NCBI GenBank assembly: GCA_047495785.1
Contig: JBLDXI010000048.1
Location: 310,001 to 374,000, forward strand
Length of the DNA: 64,000 nucleotides
DNA from: Lepidodermella squamata
Taxonomy: Eukaryota > Animalia > Gastrotricha
Direction of reading: 5' to 3'
Within the stretch, counting starts at the first letter, position 1. Every line of letters begins with the position of its first letter. Both the position numbers and the translations under genes were made by a program. Below are positions 50,010 through 60,979 of this stretch, in pieces. The notes under the pieces were generated by a model. The model was given only the letters and a program-made list of their open reading frames with translations. It did no database searches and had not been told where the DNA came from.

Positions 50010-52852
50010 TTAGGGGCGTTGCGCAGGAACTTTGTTGTCAGAGCGAGATAGGAAGTACCACAGCATAACACCGCAGCCGATAGTCGTAACAAAACCAACA
50101 GCTATCAACGTACCAATTTTAGCCTTTTTTGAGAATCGTCGCTTCTTCTGAGCGTCTCCGTCAAGTAACGGAGCGTCAATCGCGCAATCTTCATTCGCAA
50201 CGGCAGTTTCGTTGGCTTCACCTTCGATAGAGCCGTAGCTCAGAGGGCGATAATCAGAAAAAGAAGGTGGCTCACTTGGCGAGGGTAGAACAGGCTGTTC
50301 AACAGTGATGGGTTCGTCAAACTTGGCGGGAGGCTCAATGCCAGGCTGGTCGAGATTAGCGGTGAGTTCTGGCAATTCAACTGTCTGCTGATCAACCTTT
50401 CGATAGACAAACAGGCATGCGTTAGAGTTGCTCGAGAAGTGGTTGCTACTCGGCAGCTTTTCGATGCTGGTATCGTTGAAGACGAACCAATCTTCGCCAC
50501 GCTTCGAGTAGGTGAAGTAATGGCCATGCTCGAGTGAGCCGGAGTGATTGATAACGGAAATGAGCTCGTAAGCAGCAAGATTCGCGGAGCAATCGGGAAT
50601 CTCAAGCCTGGAAGAATAAATTGGAAATTAATCAGATTCGAAATCAATTAACCTACCTTTTCGGATATGAGACGTGGCTATCGATTTTCGACCTGCGCCC
50701 AGTCATCGGATCCTCTTCAATCCTAGCCAGTTGGACGATAAGATACGGCGGGCACGTCTCAATGCAACGTTTCTCCAGGTTGAAAGCGTTTTCATAGCAG
50801 AATGGGCAAGGGTCATCCTTGAAATTTCGAACCTTCTCAGCAAAATGTTGGTCGAGCATGTCGTTCAACGTGAGTGACCGCTGGCGATCTTCGTCATTGA
50901 ACGCGAGAATCAAAATGTTGAAGCACTGAAACGCCGAATATGCTGGAATGACTTTGTGGCATTTAGGGCATTTAGCTATCGCGTTCTCTTGAAATCGAAA
51001 GAGGCGAGCGATCTCAGACATGTAGCAACTCGAATCGTACTGCCAATTTTCTGTTTTTCGAAGAATTCACACATTCAAGTTACATAATCAAATAAATCCA
51101 GGTTACTTTGGGCAACTTCGCGGCAAGATTCCTGGCCAACAGCTTGGATGATTTGAAAAGGAGGCTGCTCAGCAACTTCGCTGCACTCGGCGTGCAGTTT
51201 TTGAAGAACACACGTCACAAAATTCATCGCATCATCTTGCCGACCGATGTGAAACGGCCGGACTCGAGACGAAACTGCGGTTCGAATGTCTGTCGGATCG
51301 TGGTAAGATCCCGGCGTTTCATAGGCCAACTTCATGAACTTGGCAAACGTTCGAGTTGTCGGTTGGGAAGAAGGATGACTTGTGAAGTATCGATACAACT
51401 CTTCAATCGGCAGGATTGCCTGAAGAGCGCTGTTGACGTAGCACTGCAAAAAGAAAAAAGAAACTAAAGAAACAGAAAAAGAATAGATCTTACGGTATTG
51501 CCAACGTTTTGAAGCCGGATAGCTGGCTTGATCGCCATGCCTCGGAATTGAAACTCTGCAAACCTTTGCTTGAACCTTTCCTCAGCTTCCTGATTGGACG
51601 CAGCCGGCAGCTTCGCCTTGGCAGGCGGTTCGTCATCGCTCGATCGCTGGTTCGCCTTGCGACGCGTTGCCTTCTCGTTCCTCGACGAAGACTTGCTCCT
51701 GCTATCATCAGCCCACTCGACATCAGCAGGATCGTGCGGCGGCGCGGACGCTTGGTTCTTCCTGCCCTTGCGATGGTGCTTGTGGCTCTTCTGGTCAGGA
51801 CTCGCGAGGTTTTCGATATCCATCTGCGATTTGTCCAAGTGCGGCTTCTTGTTAACAGGGCTTGGCAACTCAGCTGGCGGTTGTTCGGAGTTATCTTTCG
51901 GTTGGAATGCGGACTTCGCGGATTTCTTGCTATGAAGAGAAGAGGGAGTACCAGTTTGCTTGCTAGCTTCATTCTTCGGCTCTGAATCTTGAACAGCTTT
52001 GGGCGGATGGTGGTAAATCGATTGTGACAACTGGCCAAATCGGGGCTGGTTTTTAATCTCAGCGGGCAAAGCAGAAGGTTCTGAAGGTTCATGGCCAGCC
52101 TCCTGCGGGGATTCCTTAACTGCAGAATCTTGCGAACTAACAGTTTCCGATTTCTCTTGTTTCATCGGAACAGTAGCGTCTGGAACCTTTTCGACTTCCA
52201 AATTCAGCTCACTGGTGATAATTGCCGATTCGTGAATAGGCGCTTCGACGTTCTCCCGATCAGCCGAGACTTGATCAGCAGTTTGGATCGGATCCTCTGA
52301 TTGTTGTTCCATCGGTTCGACTTGGCCGGCAGATGATTCTTTGATCTCAGCATCGACAACAAAACAAGGTTCCAGTGACGATTTCTCATCTTTCGGGGCG
52401 GAAATAACTGCTGAAATTTCGGCCGAGTCAATGGTTTCTTGAAGAGTAGGTATTGCTTCAAGATCCAGTTGTTCGGTTTGGCGAGGAGCCGAGTCATCGG
52501 ATTTGCTCTCGCCACCTGCTGCTGTAGGGAGATCGGCTTCAGTAACTGAAGATGGCTGCAAAGACGGTACCGCGTCAGATTCGTGATTGGCAGGTTTCTC
52601 TTCAACCATCATTCGTTCAACTTCGCAAGGAGCTGAGTCTTCGGGTTTCCTCTCAACAGATGGCTCAGAACCAGTAACCAAAGATAGTTGATTCGGCATT
52701 TCTCCATCTTTCGCCTTGGACAAGACATTCGAAGTTTCGGGCAAGTTCTGAGCCGGTTTTTCTTCAATCGGAGCCGATTGTAGCTTGGAATCAGGCGCTG
52801 TCTCAGCAACGGCCTTGTTCTTATTCTTGCCCTTGTTCTTGCCTTTTCCCAT
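50010..52852 (-). CDS. USP-family (C19) protease B with a long disordered N-terminus and a C-terminal transmembrane anchor, multi-exon
   Basis: Spliced Cys box LQNVGNT|CYVNSALQ, RQDD, CPKC/CPFC, His box VINHSGSLEHGHYFTY, WFVFND, then IGTLIAVGFVTTIGCGVMLWYFL close to the C-terminus. Confidence 0.87.
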
Positions 52853-52953
52853 TTTGGTGGGTAAAAATTATTTTAACAGTATCTAAAATAAGCGAACGAA
52901 TTCGAAGTAGCTTGGATAATAACGTTATTTATCAAGAGTTCAAAGTTCGAAGT

Positions 52954-53814
52954 TTAGCTCCGCGGGCGTTGGCTGGTTTGACGGGCGATTTCACGGCATC
53001 GAGATTCGTACTCAGCGGGATTTTTCAGGAGCAAGTCAGCAGCTTCGCCATTGAGGGCGCTGTCCGGGTTCGGGTTCAGCAAAAGTGAAGCTAGACATTC
53101 CAAAATAGCGGCGACATCCATTTTAGGATCCCAATGTTCTGGCTTCAGGTGACTAACGCAAATGCCACCGATTGAATTAACTGTCATGGTAAATTTATTT
53201 ATTTTAGAAATAATCATGCCATATTAAGTACAGAAAATCAATAAATTTAATAGGGAAAAAATTCGTAAAATTGAAGAATGTTACAAGAAGTTGAAAGAGT
53301 TAAAATCCCATAGAAACAGAAACTTAGAAATAATTTAGAAAGAATAGAATTTTTAAAATTCAAGATAATTCCAAAATATCTGAAAAATCAATAATTTCCG
53401 CAGCTTTTGAAATTAAAAATATAAATAAAATTCGAAATCTATGCAAAATTCATTTATCAAATTCTAGGAAATTTTTAAAAAATTCTAGAAAGTTGTTGAG
53501 GATATTTACTGTTAGGGTGGAACATGGTGTCGAGAAATTTGACGATTGGCGGCAAAGCAGGGTAGTTTTGCGGGAAATCCAGTTGAACTCGAAAAATGCC
53601 CATGGCATAGGGCGATTTAGCCGGGCCGAAGATAAAGCCGCGCCATCGGAATAGGTTATCATCGACCGGCGACGCGGTTCCGCATGAGTGCGGATGAGTA
53701 AGCACCCTGCAATTGAAACAATTTGATATAATATTTGAAATTTAAATTATAAATTAATAAATACTTGTTCAAATCGTTTTGTAGGCGAAGAGCGCCGGTT
53801 AAATTACAAGCCAT
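52954..53814 (-). CDS. Divergent E2 ubiquitin/UBL-conjugating enzyme; 3 exons
   Basis: RLQNDL, DNLFRW, GPAKSPY, FPQNYP..PP, FHPN|INSIGGICVSHL (catalytic Cys), WDP, PNPDSALN. Confidence 0.92.
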
Positions 53815-54184
53815 TGCGGATAATGTTCTAAGAAGAGGCGAAAATTGAATGAAAACCTGTTGTGAAAAAATCAAAAATGAAAGAAGGCGCGTGCTTGAAG
53901 AACTGTTTGCTTGCCAACTGGCGCCAGAATGAAGTCACGCGATTGTCAACATATGATTCATCTCATTCTTTTTGGCAACAGATTTGAAGTGAAAAATTCG
54001 AGAAAATCACATTTATATGGCACGACATGGGTCAAACAATATCGCGTAAGGAAAAACAATGAGTTAGAAATCGCATGAACACCTCCAATAACCAACAAAT
54101 GGGAAATCGAAGACGAAAATTATAGGAGTGTAAGCCATTTTCATCAAGGAATATAAATTAGCCGTAATTCAGAAATTAATGATA

Positions 54185-54553
54185 TACAGCGTGTCCCATA
54201 AATAAGGCAAGCAAAGAAAATACCCGGAAAAGGTTTCAGAAACTCTAAACTGAGCCTTTCAGAAACTTTTTATAAAAGTTTAAAAAAATCACGAGAAACG
54301 TAAATTTAAGTATATCACTTGCGTAATGCGATAAAAAATTTCCGGATAAATTTGGTCCAACAGGGTAAAATACCGAAAATTACCGAACAAGTTACCATTC
54401 GGGGTTTTCCGGGTTTTCTTCGGTGAGTTTTTTTATTTCTTCGATTAAATCGCAGATAAAATTTGGGATATTCTCTCGGTAGGTTTGATTTATAAAATTA
54501 GTTGAATTCCCTACACAACATTATTAGTTGCGCAACTTCTGGGGCACGCTATG
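54185..54553. mobile_element. Possible degenerate mariner-type MITE between the UBL and E2 genes
   Basis: Imperfect inverted termini tacagcgtgtccca ... tggggcacgctatg. Confidence 0.35.
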
Positions 54554-54931
54554 TGAAGATTTCCGATTTTTTGCAATTTCATGAGATTTTTAGAATTTTA
54601 CAGGATTTTCGGAAAATCTTGCTTAAAATTTAAGACGCGCAATGGCATTCTGAGTTTTCAGTTTTATCGACCCTTGGAGGTCCAACTTCGAAAAATAATT
54701 ATTAACAGATGCGGCGCATCATCAGTCTTAAAAAAAATAAGAAAATTTTTCTCGGATATTTGACTCACAGCAAATTCACAGCAAATGTTTGGTACAGATT
54801 TTATTATCGAAATAATTCGAATTCGAAAAATGGTACCACTGATTAAATCATGAATTTCAAGTTGATTAATTTTTTTACAAAAAATGCGGTCAATTTAAGT
54901 TAGTAGCGACGAAAACGCGCGCTGAATTCGT

Positions 54932-55192
54932 TCAAGCGTGACGGCTGCCGCCTTGAATGCGCGGAACAACGTGGATGGTGTGGCGCGGTTGGATGCCGAT
55001 CTGAGCCAGCGTCTGATTCTCATCGAGTTGATTACTGCCGTGCAAAATGTTGACGTTGTTCGTAACTTGAGCGCCAGCCACTGATTCGAGCATGCGAACA
55101 ACCTCACGCACCGTGTCCTTGGGCGATACGTTCACCTTGTACAGCTCACTGTGGCCGAATACATTGAAGGTGATGTCGAAGCGGTCGGACAT
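54932..55192 (-). CDS. Divergent ubiquitin-like modifier precursor (86 aa; di-Gly plus 4-aa extension)
   Basis: Beta-grasp signature VSPKDTVREV, QLDENQTLAQIGIQ..TIHVVPRIQGG followed by SRHA. The sequence does not match ubiquitin, NEDD8 or SUMO as I recall them. Confidence 0.9.
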   Translation of the reverse strand: MSDRFDITFNVFGHSELYKVNVSPKDTVREVVRMLESVAGAQVTNNVNILHGSNQLDENQTLAQIGIQPRHTIHVVPRIQGGSRHA

Positions 55193-56012
55193 GATATGTT
55201 TTTCAATTAAATAATTGATCTATCAACAGTTTTACGTGGAATATTTTTATTTTGAAGCTTCATCCGATTATTTATATGTAAAAATTTAGGTTAGACTTTC
55301 ATCTTACATATTCTTTGAAACTTGGCCAATGTGTCGCACGTGTTTGGCACGGCCCTGTGAAAAATGAGTCATAACTTAGCGCACGCGCTTCTCATTTCTT
55401 TCTATTATGATTCATACTCGAAAAAAATTGGCAATCAACAGCGAAAAAATTGAATTATTTCAATTTAATTTTTGATCGAGTTAATGGCACCGCTAAAAGC
55501 CGGGTTCCATAGGCGCCAAATGTTTCTGATTCTTTGAATTTTCGGCATAGTTTAGCGATGAAAATTTTCAATTCATGTCGTTTAGCCTCGATAGCGGGCT
55601 TGGAAAATCTTATGAAAATATCTAAAAATTAATTTCTCAATATTTTCTCTGATGACATGACATTTTTCTCAAAATTACATGGTGCGAAATCTGAGTTCTG
55701 AGGTAAATTCGGGACTTTCGGGAAAAAGCTCCTTGTAACAAATGTTCGTTAAATTTGCGAATACCTGAGATTCCATAATTTCTTTAAATTTACCGAATTC
55801 GGTAATTTTCCCATTTTATTTTCGGGATTTTATTCCTCTCATTGACAGGTGATCTTTTTTTATGACCTTTCTGAGCCCCGAGACCTCATTCAATCTCATT
55901 CTCTGTGATTTATTTCCTCCTTCTTTTTCTCCTTTATTCAATGAAATTTTTAGACATTTTTAGATTGATTTACGAAAAATCAAGATTTCTTGTCTAATTA
56001 ATCGCGACGGCT
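55193..56012. promoter_or_regulatory. Putative bidirectional promoter shared by the UBL and E1 genes
   Basis: 820 bp separate the divergent start codons. TATA-like element on the minus strand near 55270, CCAAT 55326, CACGTG 55337, TGAGTCA 55365, TGATTCA 55408. Confidence 0.45.
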
Positions 56013-59000
56013 ATGACTATGAATAACGACATCGACGAGTCTTTGTATTCACGACAGCTGTACACCCTCGGCGAGTCAACGATGCGTAAAATGGCAGGCG
56101 CCGATGTTCTCATCAGCGGACTCAATGGCTTGGGCGCCGAAATCGGCAAGAACGTCATTTTAGGCGGCGTTCGCTCCGTCACGCTTCACGACACAAAAAC
56201 TACGCAAATTTCGGACCTTGGAACCCAGGTAAATTTCTCATAAATTTTATTTCAAAATTTTATTTAAATTATTTATTTTATTCAAGTTCTATCTGACCGC
56301 TAATGACCTGAACAAAAATCGAGCTGAAGCGAGCAGGCATCGATTTGCTGAGCTGAATCCTCACGTTCGCGTCGAAGCAACCGACGAGAGCCTTGCCGTG
56401 GATTACGTCTCAAAATTCCACGTATGCAATATTTAAAGATTTATTAAATTTATCAAAATTTAGTGTTGTTCAGGTTGTCGTTCTCTGCGATCACGTAATT
56501 GACGATAAAACGAAGGAGATGGGCAAATGGTGCCACCTAAACGGGGTCAAGTTCATTCTAGCTTCAACTCGCGGTTTATTCGGCCAGCTCTTCTGCGATT
56601 TCGGTGAAAAATTTGAAGTGATTGATCCAACTGCTGGCGAGCCATTGTCGCGTCTTGTCGACTCAATCAACCGTAGCAGCGACCCGTCATCGCCTCATTT
56701 GGTCAAGCTGGTCGAGCAAACGGGTTCGAGAGGTTTTGTTCCGGGCAATCTGGTGACATTCGCCCTAGATCGATCGGTTCCTGGGGCGGAAGGGGATCGC
56801 CGAACTTGGGGACCTTTTCGCATCTCTGCTACGATAACCGCTGATATTTTCTCTATTGAAGCCGATTGCGAGATGCCACCAAGCAATAAATGCATCGTAA
56901 CCCAGGTAACTTGGTAAGTTAGATGGTCGGTCCTGTATGAAATCTCTATTTGCAGATCAAACCCAGCAAATCAATGTCATTCAAGCCTCTAGCTGAAGCC
57001 GTAGCCGAACCTAAATTCCTGATCACCGATTTCGGAAAAATGGGCCGGGAATCTACGATCCACCGCGCCTTCTGCCTGCTCGGCGAATCTGGTGACTCGC
57101 CAACCGCTGGAAACGAAGAATTTGCCCGGAGATTCTCCGAACGTTTCGAAGAAGAAGGCGACAAGCAAATCGCAAAGGCCTTCGCTCTTCAAGCTACCGG
57201 TAACTTGTGCCCGATGAACGCTGTTATCGGAGGATTCGCGGCTCAAGAAATCTTCAAAGCTGTATCAGGGAAATTCGTCCCGCTACATCAATTCATGTAC
57301 TTTGACGCCTTGGAATGCCTGGCCGAGGACCAAGAACCCTTCGAATTGCCATCGACTCCGAGTCGCTACGACAGCCAAATCGCAATTTTCGGCCAGAAAT
57401 TTCAGGAGAAGCTCGAAAAGTTGAAATTATTCGTAGTTGGCACCGGTGCGATCGGCTGCGAATTGCTCAAAAACTTCGCGATGATGGGCGTGGCCTGCTC
57501 GAAAGATGGCCACCTCCTTACAACCGACATGGACGTCATCGAAAGATCGAACCTGAACCGCCAATTCCTGTTCCGGCAAAACGATGTGAAAGAGCCTAAA
57601 TCGAAGGTTGCCGCTGCTGCGGTCAAGGCAATGAACCCTGATTTGAATATCGAGTATCATTTGAGCAAAGTTGGGCCTGAGACCGAAGATATCTACGACG
57701 AAGATTTCTACGACGATTTGGATGCAGTTGTCAACGCGTTGGATAACCGCCAGGCTAGGGAATACTTGGACAAGCGTTGCATCTACCATTTGAAGCCAAT
57801 GTTCGAATCAGCGACAAAGGGCGTAATCGGCTCCACAAAGGTTTCTTTTTCAATTCATCATAATTTGGAACTTCGGAACTTTGAAGGGTTCCAGCCCTGA
57901 ACTTTCACCTCAATTTGAACCTCGAATTAAGTTCTGGAACCTTTTTCTCTAGGTAATTCTGCCATCTTTGACTGAACCTTACTCGGCTGGCTTAACGGCT
58001 TCGGACGAACCTTCCTACGCCCTGTGTACGATCAAAAGCTTCCCAAACGCCATCGAGCATACGCTTCACTGGGCACGTGAACAATTCCACGATTTGTTCG
58101 TCTCGCCAGCCCAATACGCCAAACGATACGCGACAGAGGGCGAGCAATTTCTTGCCAATCTCCAGCCTATTGAACGATTGAAAGCCGTCGAGAGCTTGGC
58201 GCAGTTTCTGGTCTTGGAAAATCGACCTTCTAACTTCGAACAATGCGTCACATGGGCTTGCTCGAAATGGCAAGAGTTCTTTCATTCGGAAATTGCTGAG
58301 TTGACCGAAAAGTTCCCCCGGGATCAAGTTGGGTCCGATGGGCAGCCGTTTTGGAACAATGCCAAAAGATTCCCGCGAGCTTTGAACTTTGATCTGGGCA
58401 ATGTTAGTTTGTTTCTCTAGTTCTGAAGTTTATTGAACCTTTTCCTACAGGAGCTTCATGTCGATTTCGTTAGTTCAGCAGCCAATCTTTACGCAAGCTT
58501 GTTCGGTATCGCCCAGGTTCGGGACAAGTCAAAAGTTCGAGAAATCGCTTCAAAGGTTGAGCTGAACTTCAAACCTCGTGAAAAGCCGTTGATTGCCGAG
58601 AATGACCGTGAATTGCAAGTTCTGATACAAGAGCGAGCTGAGCAAATGGAGGCGAAGGTCACGGAGTTACTCGCGAAGCTTCGAGACCAGACTAAGATCG
58701 GTGGCAATTCGATTACGCCGATCGAGTTCGAAAAGGATGATGATTCGAATTTTCATCTCGACTTCATTGTCGCGGCTTCAAACTGCCGGGCTGAGAACTA
58801 CTTCATCGAACCTGCCAATCGGCAGAAGAGTAAACTTATCGCTGGAAAGGTTCCTTCGATCTTTTTTGTCGTTCATTGTTGATTGAAGTTGTTACAGATC
58901 ACGCCAGCTATTGCGACTACAACAGCGATTGTAGCTGGTCTAGTTTGCTTGGAACTTGTCAAATTCGTTCAGGGCCATTCGCAGTTATCCAAGTTCAAAA

Positions 59001-59407
59001 ACGCAGCTATCGACCTGTGCCAACCTGCTGTGATTATGAGCCAGCCTCGTGCTGCCAAGCTGGAACCACCCTATGCTCCCAACGCCCCAAGTTGGACAGT
59101 TTGGTCCCGGTTCAGCTTCGAAAACCCTCAAGTTACATTGGGCGAAATTCTGGAGACACTCCTCAATCAAGATGGGGTTGTAGTTGGCATGGTTGCGGTT
59201 GGTAACGACGTTATCTATAACCAGGTGTTGATGTCTGCTGAGAAGAGGCAGCAGCGGCTCAATTGCACAGTACGGCAGTTGATCGAGAAGTTTTATCCGA
59301 AGATTTCCGCTGCGGTGAGCAACAAGAAATCAATCCGCCTCGACATGGCTTGTGTCGGCGATGATGGCTCGATGCTGGCCATGCCATTCGTTCGCTGCGT
59401 TTTGTGA
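56013..59407 (+). CDS. Divergent monomeric UBA1/UBA6/UBA7-type E1 activating enzyme; 7 exons, about 1008 aa
   Basis: Exons 56013-56228, 56287-56421, 56474-56905, 56956-57840, 57953-58402, 58451-58849 and 58898-59407 all join in phase 0. Motifs [41 protein letters not shown], catalytic [24 protein letters not shown] and a C-terminal UFD. Confidence 0.95.
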
Positions 59408-60979
59408 TTAGAAATTAAAAGAGACGACGTGATCAGCTATAAATAAAGAATTTATTTGAATAATTTTAACAGTTTTGTGCTAGTTTTGTGTTTTGTGTGA
59501 TCGGCCAGCGGCCAGTTGACGAGTTATACTTCAGCTATTTCAGGGCCGTTATCGATTTCACAAATCACTGATTTTTCCCATATATCGGACGCCAACTTCG
59601 AAAATGCTTGAAAACATAAAAGCATTGGGTCCTGGGGACATTATCATTCTTGGGGCTTATTGTTATACCACTATTAGTCGCTGAGTTCCAGGTTAGTATA
59701 TCAGCCGAGAAACAGAAAAAGCCCAAATCGCAAAGAATCGAAAACTTTTATTGCCGATACCTTCGAATGTAGTGCTGAGAATGCTGAACTTCAATTCTTT
59801 TGTGTACATATTTTGTACTTTTGGTGCGTCTCATTTTCTGTGAAGCAAAAGATCAATATTGTATGAAATGAGGACTTGGCCAACTAACGAATTGCGACCA
59901 TATTTAGTGAGTTAAATAAATTGAGACCGAGAGTTTCAATAATCTCTGGCTTATTTGCATTCCGGCAGGTATCACTGGTCTCAACTTTGGTACCCGGCTG
60001 ATTAGAAAACTTGAGAAAGACCTTCGAAGCATTCCTAAATTCTTGAATATTTGTAAAAAAAAATTCTAAAATTCAAGCACTGTTTTTTCAGAAAGTTCAA
60101 TATCAATATTTAAATTAGTGTCAGAGTTCAGATAAAATCAATTTCAGCGTAAATTAGGGGAAAAATAATACGTATGTAACAAAAAAAACGAAAGTTTAGG
60201 AATTCAAACCCTTTATGATAGCTCAGGGATATCTTCGCTAAGGTATGGCGTTTCAATGAAGAGTCAGAATTACCCAGCCCCATAGACATAATTTAGGATA
60301 GACTGCTCACTCACGAGAAAAAGGGTGCTACGCCATGGGCGCCAGATGATGGTCAGCTGATTCATCAGCGCTTGGAGGAAAAGTAAACAACAATTTTCGA
60401 TTGTTTTTTACTGGTTCCGTGATGGTTTCGATTTTCCCAAGGGTTTCGTTGGTGGATCCAGACATAGGAAATCACGAGGAACACGCTGATTATTTTTTCG
60501 AAATTTTTAAAGGAATTTTAACAGGTTTTATAGTCATTTTCACCTGAACTTTGGGTGGATGCCCTGCAAAAACCAATCATCCGATTGGGCAGTTTTCCTT
60601 CGATTACATTGATTATTAATAGTCATGCCTAATTTCGTACCGTAACGTCGGTTTTTCTTGGCAAAATAGACGTGTCATTTTGGTATTAGATCGGGAAAAA
60701 AACTAGACGATGAAATCACTTCATCCTCGTTTCATCCGCAGTCGTTTCTGCGCTAAAAAGAGCTGAGATTGACGTTTCTTCGCGCGTGCATTTATTTCGC
60801 GATTTTCTCTCCTTGCAAAAAAGTGGTACACGCGTCCCCTTAGAAGCAGCTTCCTAGGGGCAGATCGCACCCTGTGCCACGCAACACTCATTGATTTATG
60901 TATCAACGCGTTGACCTTTCCGCACGTTCCAAATTCACACCAGGCTTTAATTCACATTTTTTCGTTTCAATATAAAATA

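Noticed and set aside
48058-59407. Prokaryotic CBASS/Bil-type E1-E2-UBL operon or bacterial contamination
   Set aside because: The genes have spliceosomal introns, the E1 is the eukaryotic two-adenylation-domain UBA1 type, and the proteases are USPs rather than JAB.
44700-60900. E3 ligase belonging to the UBL cluster
   Set aside because: No HECT, RING or RBR pattern was found. The USP-A Cys-rich region does not fit RING spacing convincingly.
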